Of a DNA stretch of 64,000 nucleotides, positions 1 through 12,620 are shown one piece after another (within the stretch, counting starts at the first letter, position 1; every line of letters begins with the position of its first letter). The notes under the pieces are model-generated. The model was not told the DNA's origin, did not search any database, and saw only the letters and a program-made list of their open reading frames with translations. The translations under genes and the position numbers were made by a program. This DNA is from Cenococcum geophilum (taxonomy: Eukaryota), in the NCBI GenBank assembly GCA_050273025.1, contig CP158636.1, positions 1,054,001 to 1,118,000 on the forward strand, given 5' to 3'.

Positions 1-3000
1 CTATAAACCTTCTATAGTAATTGCAGAACCCTAAAAATAACCTTAGCTATATTACGTTTTCTAGTTCTTGCTAATTTACTATAGCCTTGATCTTTCTTAG
101 ATCTATACTAAGTTGGCCTAGTTTAATAATAAATCTAATAAAATTGGTCTTCCTAGTAAAGAACTCGCATTTCTTAATTGCTACTAGTATCTGTTCTTCT
201 TATAGTCTCTTTAAAACCTATTTAACGTATTCTCTATGCTCTTCCTTACTTATTAAGTAGATAATAATGTTGTTAAGGTATACCATAATAAATTTATCCA
301 AATGTTCTCTTAACACATTATTAATACGCTTCTAAAACGTTGCTAGTATATTTATAAGCCCGAATTATATAACTAATAGTTTATATAGTCCTTCCTTTAA
401 CCTAAAGGCTGCCTTCTATTTATTACCTTCCTTAATCCTAATCTAATAGTACGCCTATCTCAGATCTATCTTTATAAAGATTTGCGCATTGCCAATCCTA
501 TCTTAGATTTTGCTAATTAAGAGTAAAGGATACCTATCCTTCCTAGTAATGCTATTTAACTATCTATAGTTAATACATAGTCTAAGTTTTCTATTCTTCT
601 TTAGTACGAATAGTACTAGATATCCTGCTAATAACTGCGATAGTCTAATATATCCTTTTTAAAGATTTTCTTAGACAAACTCCTTAAGTGCTTATAACTC
701 TTTTTCTGTTAACTTATATATTGGGTAGAACCTTAGACTTATTCCTAGTTCTAGCTTTATCTTATAGTCCCATACTACATAATTTAATAGCTTTTTACTT
801 TCTGGCGACCATAGCTTCTTACTATACTTATAGTATCTCTTTAGTATATAGCTTAATCCTTAATTAGTCTCCTTATATATTGCTCCAACTTAGTACTATA
901 CCAACTTAGTTTATTATCGCATCTTGCGTCATTATATATCTCTAATATCGACCTAACCTATAACCCAATCGATCTTTAGATTATATTTCTATAACTAAGG
1001 CATTCCTAATACTGCCTTATTATTCCCTAATAGTAATATATTAAAAGATATCTTAATTTATCTCCCTTTAATGGTTATCTAAATTAGTCCTATTTTAAGA
1101 TTAATAATACCTCCTCTATAGGCTATTAGATCTCCTTAAATTGTTACTAATAGGTAAGGGTGCTCTTTCTGCCTGTGTAGTATCCCTATCCTTTTAACTG
1201 CTGCTAGTAAGATATGGTTCCTCGTTGCTCCACTATCTATTAGTACTTCAAACTATTAATTTTACTAATTAATTCTTAGGTTTAGGTGTCGTTCTTAAAT
1301 TCCTTTAAGGGTTTAAGGCTCTACCACTGGCTCCCTCTAGTTCTATAGGCCTCTACTTTTCCTAACTATTAGCTGCTTAATCCTATTACACTTAGCTTAT
1401 TCTTTAGCCAATACCTAGTTCGCTTTTTATCTTTAATATACCACAGATAGGTGTTCTTTAGATATTTCTACTATTATCGTCTATCTAAGCATTCTTCTAT
1501 AAGGAATCTTCCTGGTTAAAGTATTAAATCTCCTTCCTTTTAAACTTCCGCTGGATGCTAGCTGTGTATATACTTGGCATTCCTATACTATTGTTCGTCT
1601 ATTATCTAGTACATCCTTATAGGGTATTTCCAATTCTTTTCTTTCGGATTTTTATGCATTTTATATATATTATCTATACATACAATCCATAATAGCGTAT
1701 AGTATGCTAGGTGCTTTAGGTTAACTCTTAGCTCGTCTTTATCCTTAAGTTTAAACCTTTATTATGCTAATCTAAACATTATAACTTTATTCGCAGGTAC
1801 TAAGACGTGCTTTTTACTTCTTTAGTCCTCTAATCGTTCCTCTAGATCCTTTAATATTATAATTAATGCTCCTTTAATATAATTTATCGCTTTTTCCGTA
1901 ATTGGGTGGTCTTAGATAACTTTTTCGTCTAACCACATATAGAAATCTTCCCATTCGTCATTACGTCGCTACCTATACCACTTTTAGTATAGCTGCTAGA
2001 GTATATACGGCTTATTTATAAGGAAGTATCTTCTTATTACTGCGTTATAATAGCCCTTTATATATCGTTCTTTAAACCTAGTAGGAATCCCTAGATCCTC
2101 TTCTTGTTTCAGTTCGGTAAGCCATTTAGCTCTTAGTATGCCTATTCTCAGCCTATTGGTAATTCTTCGTACGGGTACTCTATCCTTTATACGTCCTAAC
2201 ATGCTAGATCTCTTATCTAGTTTTTATTCTTGCTATAAGGTAATTCTTACTCTAAACTCCTCTATAGTTTCTTTCTTTTCGTATCTTGCGAGTGGATCCT
2301 TAAAGTTTTCTTACTTCTTAATCTTAGTATTAAACTCTTAATCTTTAGTCTAAACATCTTATTTAACTAATAAGTCCTCTAGGTCTATATATCTATCTCC
2401 TAATCTAACTACTATTTATATTGCTAATTCTCTAATCTGCAAAGAAGCTCCTTACCTCTTATTTATAAGTGTCCTAATTTATACTCTAAATTCTTAGTCC
2501 CTTAGATTCTTTAATCCTAAGCTTACTTCTAACTTAAGCTTAGCCCCAGCCTTAGTCTAACTAGGCTTTCCTAGTATCCTCGTCTTATCTTAAGAGTCTT
2601 ATACTATTAGAAATACTTATCCCAAGCTTATTTATATATTCTTAAACTAAGCCGCTGCTTTACTCTATTGGTTATTATCCGTTATAGGTCTCTAAGCATA
2701 CCTTATCTCGTCTTAAGAATCTTAGTTATCTCTTATCTTATCTTAAGAATCTTAAGCCTTTAGCCTTTTGCCTTTATTAAGTGGTAAGCTAGCACTAGCA
2801 GTTGTTTACTTGCTTAATTATCTCTAAATATTGCTCCTTCCATCTTATAAAGCGATAGATGCCGTATCTAATAGTATTATAATGCCCGTTACTAAACCTT
2901 GCTCTATAGCGGTCTCAGTCTCTACTTTTATTGCGTTATTAAGGTTTAGATACCCCTAGTTAGTTCCTTTATTATCCTTATTACTATTAATTAATAAGTA

Positions 3001-4823
3001 CTCCAACTCTATTATTATTATTACTAATCTTTATCCGCATGTTACTGTAATATCTTAATCTAGCTTATAGAGTTAATCTTATTCTTTATTTAACTCTTTA
3101 GTTCCTTTAAGTCCTCTTAACTCTGGCTCTTATAGCCAATAGCTTATACTATACTTAGCGTCTTTATAAATTTAGTATGCGTTATTATAACAAAACGCAA
3201 AACTTTTAATTAAACATTCTTTTGTTCCTTGCAGCGCACTATTATCCCTTTATACGTATATGTTATATACTACTAGTTTAGTTCCCTTTACTACGTAATA
3301 ACTTTAACCACTTCTACAGTCTCTAGCGAAATAACCCTATTTTCTATAATTTATATAAGCTCTATCTTTAAACCATTACTTTTGCTATAGAGTTTACTTA
3401 AATATCTTCTACTACTAAGATCCTTAGTTCAGCCTATACTCCTTAGTTTTGTAATTACTTAATCCTCAACCTCTAGGTTTCTATAGTTTCTTACTCTATT
3501 TCTTATAGGTTTTTTTAGTACCACTTAAGTCTATTAGCTCTGCGCCATACTATAGTTTCTAATTTAGCTTTAGTTGTTACGTGCTTTACATCTTATATAA
3601 CTATAAAACTTTATCCTAGCCTCTCTTAGCCTATTCCCTTTGGAAGATCCTATTGTTAATCTTAATCGCTTAATCTATTAATTCCCTTAGGGTATCCATA
3701 TCTTCCATCAGAATAATTACGTCCTAGACTTTAGCCTTAAGTCCCTATTTATACTATACTATAAGCGCCTTATTATTCCACTTAAGTTATATAGCTAGCG
3801 TTTGGAATTATATTATATACTTAATTACTAAAGTTTATTATATTAGGTCCTAAAGCTTTCTTTCCGCTATAGTTGTTGCTTTTAGGTCCCTAAATATTTA
3901 TATAAGTTATTCCGCAAATCTATTCTAGCTTAAAAACATAAACCGTACTTCTTAGTTTGTTATTATTATTCTATTTACTTATATCTCTATAAGGTAAGGC
4001 TTAAACTATTTAAGTGCTCTTTTTAATAAGAACAATTCTGCATATGCTACTTAATCCATAGTTATTACTAGCTTCGCTCCTTCTTACGTAACCTTAAAGT
4101 ATATTTGTATAAGAAATCCTTTAAGCTTCGATCTTTCTCCTAAAAATCTTTTAATTAATGGTAACTTAACCTTTACTACTTCTATCCCATTAATCCTATT
4201 TTTAAGTACCGCATTATCTTCCATTAACTGATTAACTATTACTTATAACTGTTTTACTATCACAGGTTGTTATAAGTTAGTGTTTGCTATACTAGTGTTG
4301 TTACCTAATCCTAACGTAATTACCGCCGTTAATAGCGTTGTGGTGGCTACTTTTGGTAGTATATTATTCGACTTATTAAAACCGTAACTATGGTAGTAAT
4401 TGTGTAACGGAGCCTTATAGCAGGAACTACGGTAGACTTGTTAATAGGCTAGGTATATAGGTATTATAAGTAAGTTAACAACATAATAATAACTAGTAGA
4501 GTAGTTGCCTAATAGATTAACTTTAATTATATTCTGAGAATTACTATAAGGAAGGAACTATCTAGGTAAAGACTAAGGGTCCTTAAATACACAATCGTAC
4601 TCCTATAAAAGTTATTGCTCTATCTACTCTATCTACTCTATCTGCTCTACTGTAGATCTCGCAGATTACACAGATTACATAGATTATATCACGTAACTCT
4701 ACTTACCATTCCTCGTTATATAGTTCCACGGGTTCCATCCTAGACCGTGCTTGTATTAACTAACTAGCTTCTTCTAACTCTTCTCTAAGTAGTCGTAATA
4801 TTGTACTTAAAGCGTCCGTAACA
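1..4823 (-). mobile_element. RIP-degraded Ty3/Gypsy LTR retrotransposon (5' LTR, gag, protease, RT; runs off the window start)
   Basis: Minus strand: gag-like region ~3400-4400; protease VLIDSGATRNHI ~1215-1250; RT AQIFIKIDLR..IRIKEG..KAAFR ~390-490; FIMVYLNNIII (YLDD after G->A) ~260-295. Strong TpA excess, many stops. Confidence 0.9.
4403..4823 (-). repeat. 5' LTR of Gypsy element 1
   Basis: Minus strand begins TGTTACGG and ends CCGTTACA (TG..CA, imperfect terminal inverted repeat), directly upstream of gag; internal CTATCTACT and AGATTAC tandem repeats ~4615-4690. Confidence 0.75.
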
Positions 4824-4841
4824 ATATAGTAGATTCTTTAA

Positions 4842-5560
4842 TTAACGTCTGATACGGATCCTATCTAGGCCTACGCAGACTACTCCGTACACAAGGGGAA
4901 AGTAATATTGACAGGAAAAACCCCTTGCTATTGGGGGGAGGAAAAACCCTATAAGCCACCTTAGTAGGATAAAAAACCCCGAATTGCTATGCCTGTACGA
5001 GCAGCGGCCCTGCGGGCCTACAGCTTATCCTCCTCTTTGGATGTTTTGAACTCCTTAGGAACCACTGCTTCCTTCTCTAGCTTATCTAAAGCTAGGGTTC
5101 ACTATGTCCTAGCTAGGCCTTGCCGATCGATTGCTGTGTGCTTATAGTTATGCCCTATATCTTAACCACCCCTATATACTGTCTCTTGTTGACTATTGCT
5201 ATATACGCCATACCTCCCCCCCCCTAAGGCCTATCGAAGGCGTAAGGGGGATTTATCCGTTCTACTATCCTAAAACTGAAAGATAAAAGCGGGATGTATG
5301 TGTATATGTGTATCTAGGTATCTTTTATGCCTAGGCCCCAGTCACTAGGCCCTCTCTAAGGGCACCACTCCGTTAAGAGGAGACAAGGAAAACCGTACGG
5401 GGTTATCTAGCTGCCGCTTTTAGTAGTATTATAGCAGTACGGCGAGTAACCGCATGCTCCGCGGGCGATCGCCCTGGGGGTTGGGAGGGGCCGTATATTT
5501 GCTTGTTCGTTCGTTCGTTTGCGTTTACTTGTTCGTTAATATAAGGTCGTTAATGCTTTC
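4842..5560 (-). mobile_element. Non-coding element sharing its 3' end with the LINE at 47.6 kb (SINE-like or LINE fragment)
   Basis: ttaacgtctgatacggatcc..ggcctacgcagactactcc (4842) matches ttaacgtccgattcggatcc..ggcccacgcggactactcc (47674); ggaaccactgct occurs in both (~5058, ~47859). 5' boundary uncertain. Confidence 0.5.
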
Positions 5561-5860
5561 TACTAGGGGACGGGGGGTAATATCGAATACTGTGCATCCA
5601 TGTTGGATTGTACAGGTGCCCTGGATAGGAGAATATAGTAGTCGTCGTACTATAGAGAGCCAACAGTAGTGGTTTTCAAGATCTCACCATCTAAAAATTT
5701 TTCACCACCGCCCTCAACGCCTATAACCACCACAGGTCCTGTCCGCACGCTGTGCGACGTCTCTGCGTTGGCTCTGGATCTGAACTTCGAAGACCAGGTT
5801 CGTAGCCGTCACCACGTACAGGTGCAGAGTCCGATTTTGACGGCCATCCGTAACAATATA

Positions 5861-8800
5861 TATATAGCGTTAAAGTAAAAGGGCTGGTCTTTCCTAGTAA
5901 GGCGGTTAAGAGGCTAGGTAATCCTGCTATAGTTTTTAATAAAGCGTTAGTAGAAGTTATAGAAACCTAAAAATAATTATACCCCCTTTACGGTCCGTAG
6001 GGGCGTCCACTAGTTAATTACGGCCGTTTTTTCTAGGTTGGCCTTAATTCCGTCTATGCTAATAATAAAACCTAGGTACTTTATACGCTTAATACTAAAT
6101 TCTAACTTCTTAATATTAGCCTAGAGGCTAGCTTTATGGAGCCGTTATAGGACTTTATAAACGTGCTCCTTGTATTCCAGTTCGTTCTTTAAGTAGATTA
6201 TAATATTATTTAAATAGGCCGTATAGAAGTCGTTAAGGTAGTTAAAGAGTATATCGTTTATATACCGCTAGTACATAGCTAGTCCATTAGTTAGTTTAAA
6301 AGGAAGTACCTTATATTTATACATTCTATAATAGGTCCGAAATATAGTAAGATCCTTAGACCTAGGGTCTATCCTAATTCGGTAAAAGGCCTAGCGGATA
6401 TTAAGCTTTATAAAAACCTTAGCTCTACTTATTTAGGTAAGAGTCTTATTAAGTAAGGGCAGTAGGTAGCGGTCCTTGCGGGTTATATTATTTAGCTTAT
6501 AGTAGTTAATGCAAAAGCGTAGTCCTCTATTTAGCTTTTTAATAAAGAGAATAGGTAAGTTAAAAGGGGCTTAGCTAGGCTTAATAAAGCCCTTATTTAG
6601 GTTATTAATAAGATACTACTTTATAGCCTATAATTTGGCAATAGACTATAGGTAGAGAGGGCTAAAGCTAAGGGTGCTTCCCTTGTCTTGCTTAATCTCG
6701 ATCTTATAGTTATATGGTCAGTAGGGTAAAAGCATATTAGACGCTACCTTAGAGAATACGTCCTTAAATTTCCGGTGTTAATTAAGTAGTTTTTATTCCA
6801 CTAGTTCTTTATCCATAAGCCTACTTCCCTATTTACTAAGCTTACTTTCCTTTTCCTTAATTATTTAGTTAATTTTGTATAGGCTAGTTATAAAGGCAAC
6901 GGCATTAGGCTAAACTAGGTTCTAGTAAAATTCTATAGCGCCAATATAGCAGACATTAACTGGTAGGAGGTCCGTAGGTTTCTTTAGCGTCCGTTAGGCC
7001 GTAGTTTATAGTATAGGGTTTATAGTCTTCCTCAGCTCACGTTCTATTTTCCATAAGTTGTCCTTCCTATCTATTAGTTTAGTGTAGCGTCTAATGTCCC
7101 TAGCCTTCCTTTGTAGCTGCGTAGGGCCTAGGTTCTTTATTAGGGACTTAGCTAGGCCACTACCAACTTCCTAAGTCTTTAGTGCGGGTGGTGTAATATA
7201 GGCAGTTTAGGGGCGGCGTAATATACGGATCCGTTGCGGATTAAGCTGTATATCCTTCTCAAAAGCTTAGTCCCTACGCGTCGCATCGGCCTAGTAAACG
7301 GTGTCTATTTACGGCTGTATAAGGTTTTCTATTATAATACTGATCTCTTTTATAAAGGAAGGCGTTAAAGGCATAGTTTTAGGCCAGATAAGCTGCCTAT
7401 TCTGTACGTTAAGCTATAAGCCTAAATAGGCTAGCTATTTTCTTTTTAAGATTATATTATAGCTTCTAAGGTCCGTAATAAGAAAGGGGATATTATACTA
7501 CCTTCGTCCGTTAACGCGGAGGTAGATCTATAAGATAGTTATAATAGGTAGCCCTATCTATCCGTTATAACCGTAAATAGGGATTGGTTTAGGCAGTTCT
7601 TTAAAGGGTGCATTTAAAAAGTTAGCTAGTTTTACAGCGCACTTTATATTAATTAAGGTAAAGGCATTTACTCCTAAGTTAGCTAAAGTAGAGGTTAAAA
7701 CTTAATATCTATTACAAAATAAAGTATAAGGGATAGTGCAGCTTCTTCTACTAACTAGCTAACCTAGATCAATATATAATATATTAATCCCTTTTAACCC
7801 TAGAGAGAAGTCTTCCTCTAGGGTTCCTCTTTTTCTAGCTCTATACTATCCTTCTAAATTAATAGGACCTTATTTGTCTTTGCCTTTATTAGGCAGTTCC
7901 TTATAGGGTGGCCTATTTAACCGCACGAGAAGCAAGCTTTTTAATCGCTAAGGGCCTATATATAGGGGTCGCTATATATAGGCCGGGTATATACCGGGCC
8001 TGCAGTAGGGGTAGCTGCATAGCTAGCCGCTAGGTTAACTATAGGGGTTGCCGATTATACTAGGGCACTATAGGCCGTACTTATAGTACTTATAGCCTAG
8101 TTTATAAGGTTTTTAGTTTTTAGCTAATTGGCGCGTGCTTTAATTCAATAGAGGCCTTAGTTAATAGCTAGGCAATAATCTATAAGTTTCTTTAACGTCT
8201 ATGCCGTAGTATAAGCTGGTAATATAGCCCGCTATAGGTCTAGGATAAGCTTATTAAAGAGGTCTAGTAATAGGTCTTCCTAGGGGATCTAGGCCTATTT
8301 AGCTAGGTGTAAAAAGCGGGTTTAAAAGGCTAAAAAGGTCTCCATTATTTTTATATTTAGGCTTTTATAGCTAAGGTAGGCGTTTTATACTTTAAAAGGG
8401 TCTTTATAAATAGAAGGTAAGTATTTAATTATTTCTTCTTTAGCGATAAAGGGGTTTGCTAAGTCTTTAGTATATTATAGGCATAAATGCATTTAGGCGT
8501 CTCCGCTAATACGGCTGAAAACGTAAGCCATTCTAGCTTAGGCGTTAGGGAAGTGGTCTATATTAACTTTAAGCTTATCCCGTAATTAAAGCTTCCAATT
8601 ATTAAATATAGGGTTAGTTCCGTCTGTAAGTAGTAGGGGATCCGCGACCTTTGCCGACCGCTTTAGTGCTATATAGGCCTTAATAGGTCCACTAAGGCGC
8701 TAGGATAGGGCCTAAAGGACTATAGTAAGTCTTTAGTTATCTAATAATGACTTATTATTAGATATAGGGGTATCTCTAGCCTTAAGCAGCTCTCGTAGTT

Positions 8801-9336
8801 ATTTAATTTCGGTATTAGTAGCCGCAAGCTCCGCCTAGGGGGTTAAAACGTTAATTATTTCTTTATCTGAAGTATTTAAGGGTCCTATAGCTGCTTTACC
8901 TACTACTATAGTTTGTAGCATAGTGGTAGGGGTATTAGGTAATTCTAGGTAATTTCTTTAGGGGTTCTGGTCTATGTATATCTTATAGGTCCTTTCCTTA
9001 GGGTTCTATTCTTTTCTTTTAGGTCCTATCCTTAGGGTTCTGTTCTATATTCTTGTAGATATATTTAAGTTCCTTCTTAGGAAGAAAGAGTAGAGTAAGC
9101 TTTAGATAATGTTAGCGACTTAGTTAATTAAGGCATGGGCACGGCAAAAGGGACGCGTAAGCCTATATAATTGGATTGTTTATAAACGAGAATCTAAAGC
9201 TAGGGAAAGGAAAGGAGAAAAATAGTAGCGCCGTTTAATGTTTTATAAGATCTTCGCGTCACATAACCGCAATATGCGGCAATCTGTAGCAACTTACCGG
9301 TGCGTAGTTCTGCTAAGTTCTGCTAGTGCTGTAACA
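5861..9336 (-). mobile_element. RIP-degraded Ty3/Gypsy retrotransposon 2 (5' LTR, gag, protease, RT; broken off after RT)
   Basis: Minus strand: gag SAKVADPLLLTDGTNP..WKL ~8600; protease STLANLGVNAFTL (degenerate LADSGANAF) ~7655-7695; RT FYTAYLNNIII ~6200-6230; sequence breaks off at ~5861. Confidence 0.88.
9110..9336 (-). repeat. 5' LTR of Gypsy element 2
   Basis: Minus strand starts TGTTACAGC and ends GCTAACA; ~227 bp, upstream of gag. Confidence 0.65.
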
Positions 9337-10118
9337 CTTACTACTCTATTAAAGGTTTTATAAAGAAGTAAGGCTATAAGGGCTTACTAAGATACTAGAT
9401 ATGTAGATGGAAGGAGGCTAGGAAGCTTATAATATAAATATAGCGAATAGTATATAAATGCGAGGTTTGTAGGCTTCCTCTATACCTTTAGTGCTTTAAT
9501 AGCTTTTATTTAGTAGGCGACGACTAGGTAACTATTTTTAATCCTTTACTTCCTTATACCTCTAATATTAAGACCCTAAAGCTAATTAAGCCTTTATAGC
9601 AGTAACTTTCTTAGCCTCCTTTAAGCCCTCCTCTACTGCCTTTAATTAATCCTCTATACTAAATAATCGCTAATTAAACCGTTTAACTACCTGTAGCACC
9701 TTACGCATCTTATTTAACGTATATAATACGTCCTCCATTATAACCTTAAGCTAATCCTTTACTGGTTTATTCTTATTAATGTTAGAAACGCGTATAAAGC
9801 GTATACGTGGTGGAAGTTTAGGGGAAGACTCTAATGGAGGATTTTCCTATATAATTAGCAGCTGGTTGATGGAAGATGGCAAGAACGTACGACTATAACG
9901 TTATGCATCATAACTTTTTACTTAACTTCCTCAAATAAAATCTGTGGTTGGTGTTTTTGGGGTTGCCTTTTGCAGTATTTCGTTGGCATTATAATGTTAA
10001 GGTGTTTTGGTGGGGCTTGCTAATAAAATTGCGCTAGCTGGGGTGCATGCAGCATGCTAACCCAAGCAAAAGCGCCAAAGGCGCCCAATACGAAAAGTGA
10101 CTTTTGCCACACAAAGGG

Positions 10119-10448
10119 ATCCCTTAACCCGCCAACGTCCACAAATCAAGTGGTCCGTGCGGGACACCAGGATCAGAACAATGCGTATACCGTATAGATT
10201 TGATCAATACAAACTATTAACTATGCCTTCCAGTTGTACTTCCAATGATATAGACCTCGTTCAGCCGACCCAATGTATCGTTCAACCAAATCGTGTCTTA
10301 AAAAGGCCTCCCCTAGAGTCTTGGCTGTTGCCCGATTTTGAACCTCCATATCAGCTGTATATTCCTAAGCACGCCGATTTTAATGCATTGATTTGATTGG
10401 TAAATCCTTATCGATAACGTGTGGACGAATTTTGGCGGGTTAAGGGAT
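10119..10448. mobile_element. MITE-like element with 17-bp perfect terminal inverted repeats
   Basis: ATCCCTTAACCCGCCAA (10119-10135) and TTGGCGGGTTAAGGGAT (10432-10448), extended by CGTCCAC/GTGGACG; no clear TSD. Confidence 0.65.
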
Positions 10449-10899
10449 AGCTTCCTTGATCGAATCTATATTTATAAACTTTGTATTTAGATCTACGGCT
10501 ACCCGCTTACGTCTTTTTGGGCCCTTAAGGTCCTTAAGCTGCGATTGCAAGCTATATATTCGAGCCTCCTGGTATATAGTATGCGCATTAAGTTGCTTAA
10601 ATCGTCAAGCTACTTTTTATAAAAGGCCCCTTGTCTTCTAATTAGGCGTACGCTTGATGCGAAGGCCCTATAACATATTATATATATCGCGTGGTTTCTT
10701 TAGGGTGGCAAGAGCGTTAAATTAATTAATTTTAGGTTGCTTAAAGCTTAAAGCCTCCATTATAGCCTTCTTTTTAACCTGCAAATATTTGAGACCTTTG
10801 CGCGGATTCTAGGGGTAGATACTAGATGCGCGCTACCCAGATTTAATTACTCTTGCTGTTAGGCCTTCCTCCCGTGCCTTATAGTAATATTTAATAAAG

Positions 10900-11650
10900 C
10901 AATACTTTTTAATTAGAGCTGCATCGTTAATATATATAAGCTCCGTAATCTAACGTACCGTACAAATACCCCGATGCTACCTGCTGGCGCGATGCTCCTA
11001 TTGAACATGAAGATCTCCTTAACGTAATCCACGCCGACATCCTAGCCAAATGCAAGGAATCTAAACGTGCCCGTAACTTATATGAAAAAATAGACTTAGA
11101 ATTAATGGCGGAGGAGCTAGCTAAAATAGAGGCTAATCCTGAAGCTGCTGCCAATGGAGTAGAGGAAGATACTGCAAGTAAGGAGGACCGGCAGCCAACG
11201 CCTGCATTACCAATGACAACTCTCCCTAATCGTACGCCTTCGCAGGCGCCGTTACGATCAGTTTCCCGTACTCCTTTACAAAGCTTATCATCGTCGGCGT
11301 TATCAGGACAGAAGAGACTAGCTACTTCGCTCGCTGCGTAAGGAAGCCGAACTTAGCCGAGACTATTAGAGGAGCGATTTTAAAGCTAATATTATCGAAG
11401 TAAACAAGTACTTAAAATCTTAATATAGGCGTCTAAAGCTAAAGGCTTTTAAAAATAAGGCGTTAATTCTATTATTATTAATTTATATAGGGAAGAGGAT
11501 ACTACTAAAGTTGCCGCCAAAGCTGCTGTTAAAAAGGATTCTAATGCATAAAGCAATGTAGATTAGGAAGCTGGTGAAGAAGGAGGTGGGCAGGGAGGTA
11601 GGCAAGGTGATAAGGGCGATGGGAGCCAGGAGGAAGATGGGGCGGTAAGG
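10900..11650 (+). pseudogene. RIP-damaged transposon-associated ORF remnant, possibly a PIF/Harbinger Myb/SANT-like accessory protein
   Basis: KYPDATCWRDAPIEHEDLLNVIHADILAK followed by an acidic, low-complexity tract; stops in TpA contexts. Family assignment is by eye only. Confidence 0.3.
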
Positions 11651-12620
11651 AAGACACTATCAAATATATCGTTGTCAACGATTAATCGCAACTCAATACT
11701 ATGCCAAACCTTATAATATATCAAGCATCATCTGGTGGAGCCAGTTCGAAGCTTCAAATGGGCCATTGGTTGGTTACAGAGGTCAAATTTGTAACCAACC
11801 AGACCAGTTACATCACTAGTCCGACACAGGAACAGAAGTGTGACAAGAGATTGAGTTAGAGTTAGGGCATTCAAAGTCTACAACTAGTAAGAGAAAGGTG
11901 ATCTGCATGCGAAAGCGTTAGGAGAAGAAAGCAAGAGAGCGGGGAGAAGAAGTTATCTGAAATGAGCCTGACGAGGTGAACCTGAAATGATGAGAAGACT
12001 TAGTCACGTGTCAAAGTCCTTTGGAGAAAGACCACACTAAGTAGCATCCATAGCTATCCTACAATATATGCACTTTCCCCGTCACCCCAATTCCAAATAA
12101 ATATTTCTACAGATACAAAAGAAGAAAGGTTCCTTAACCACAGACCATACGCCGTGCTTTTGTTGAAGAAAAGCCCATGCCCAGATCACTGCCATAGGCT
12201 CCGCTCCGGTGCTCCAACTTCTCGGCTGTCCGCACCGGCCGTCATCAATCGCGGATAGCGATAAGAAGATGATGCAGGAAAACAGCCAAAAATAAGCAGG
12301 GACAAATAGTAGGTTAGAAAAAAGGATGAACAGTCGAAAATCGGAATGTAAATAATATAAACCGAATCCGACTCAAAAAGTTCGCCATCAGATCCATTCC
12401 ATGCAATGAATTCCCGGAATACCGTTACCCTCCCGCGCACGTAAATGCATCGAAGAATGTGAAGCAGACATTACTAGGTAGTTACTTGACGCGTTGCACT
12501 AACGCGTAAGGTTTCGTGTGTGAGTGAGTTTTGTTGTGTCCAACGAGCGCAACCGCCAGAAGTGCGGTTGGTCTTAGTTTTCATCGACGAAAAAAACTCC
12601 CGCTTTTGAGTGACCTGGTT

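Noticed and set aside
8950..9050. TTAGGG-containing repeats as an interstitial telomere
   Set aside because: Spaced units within the Gypsy gag 5' region, explained by RIP of a coding repeat; not a tandem array.
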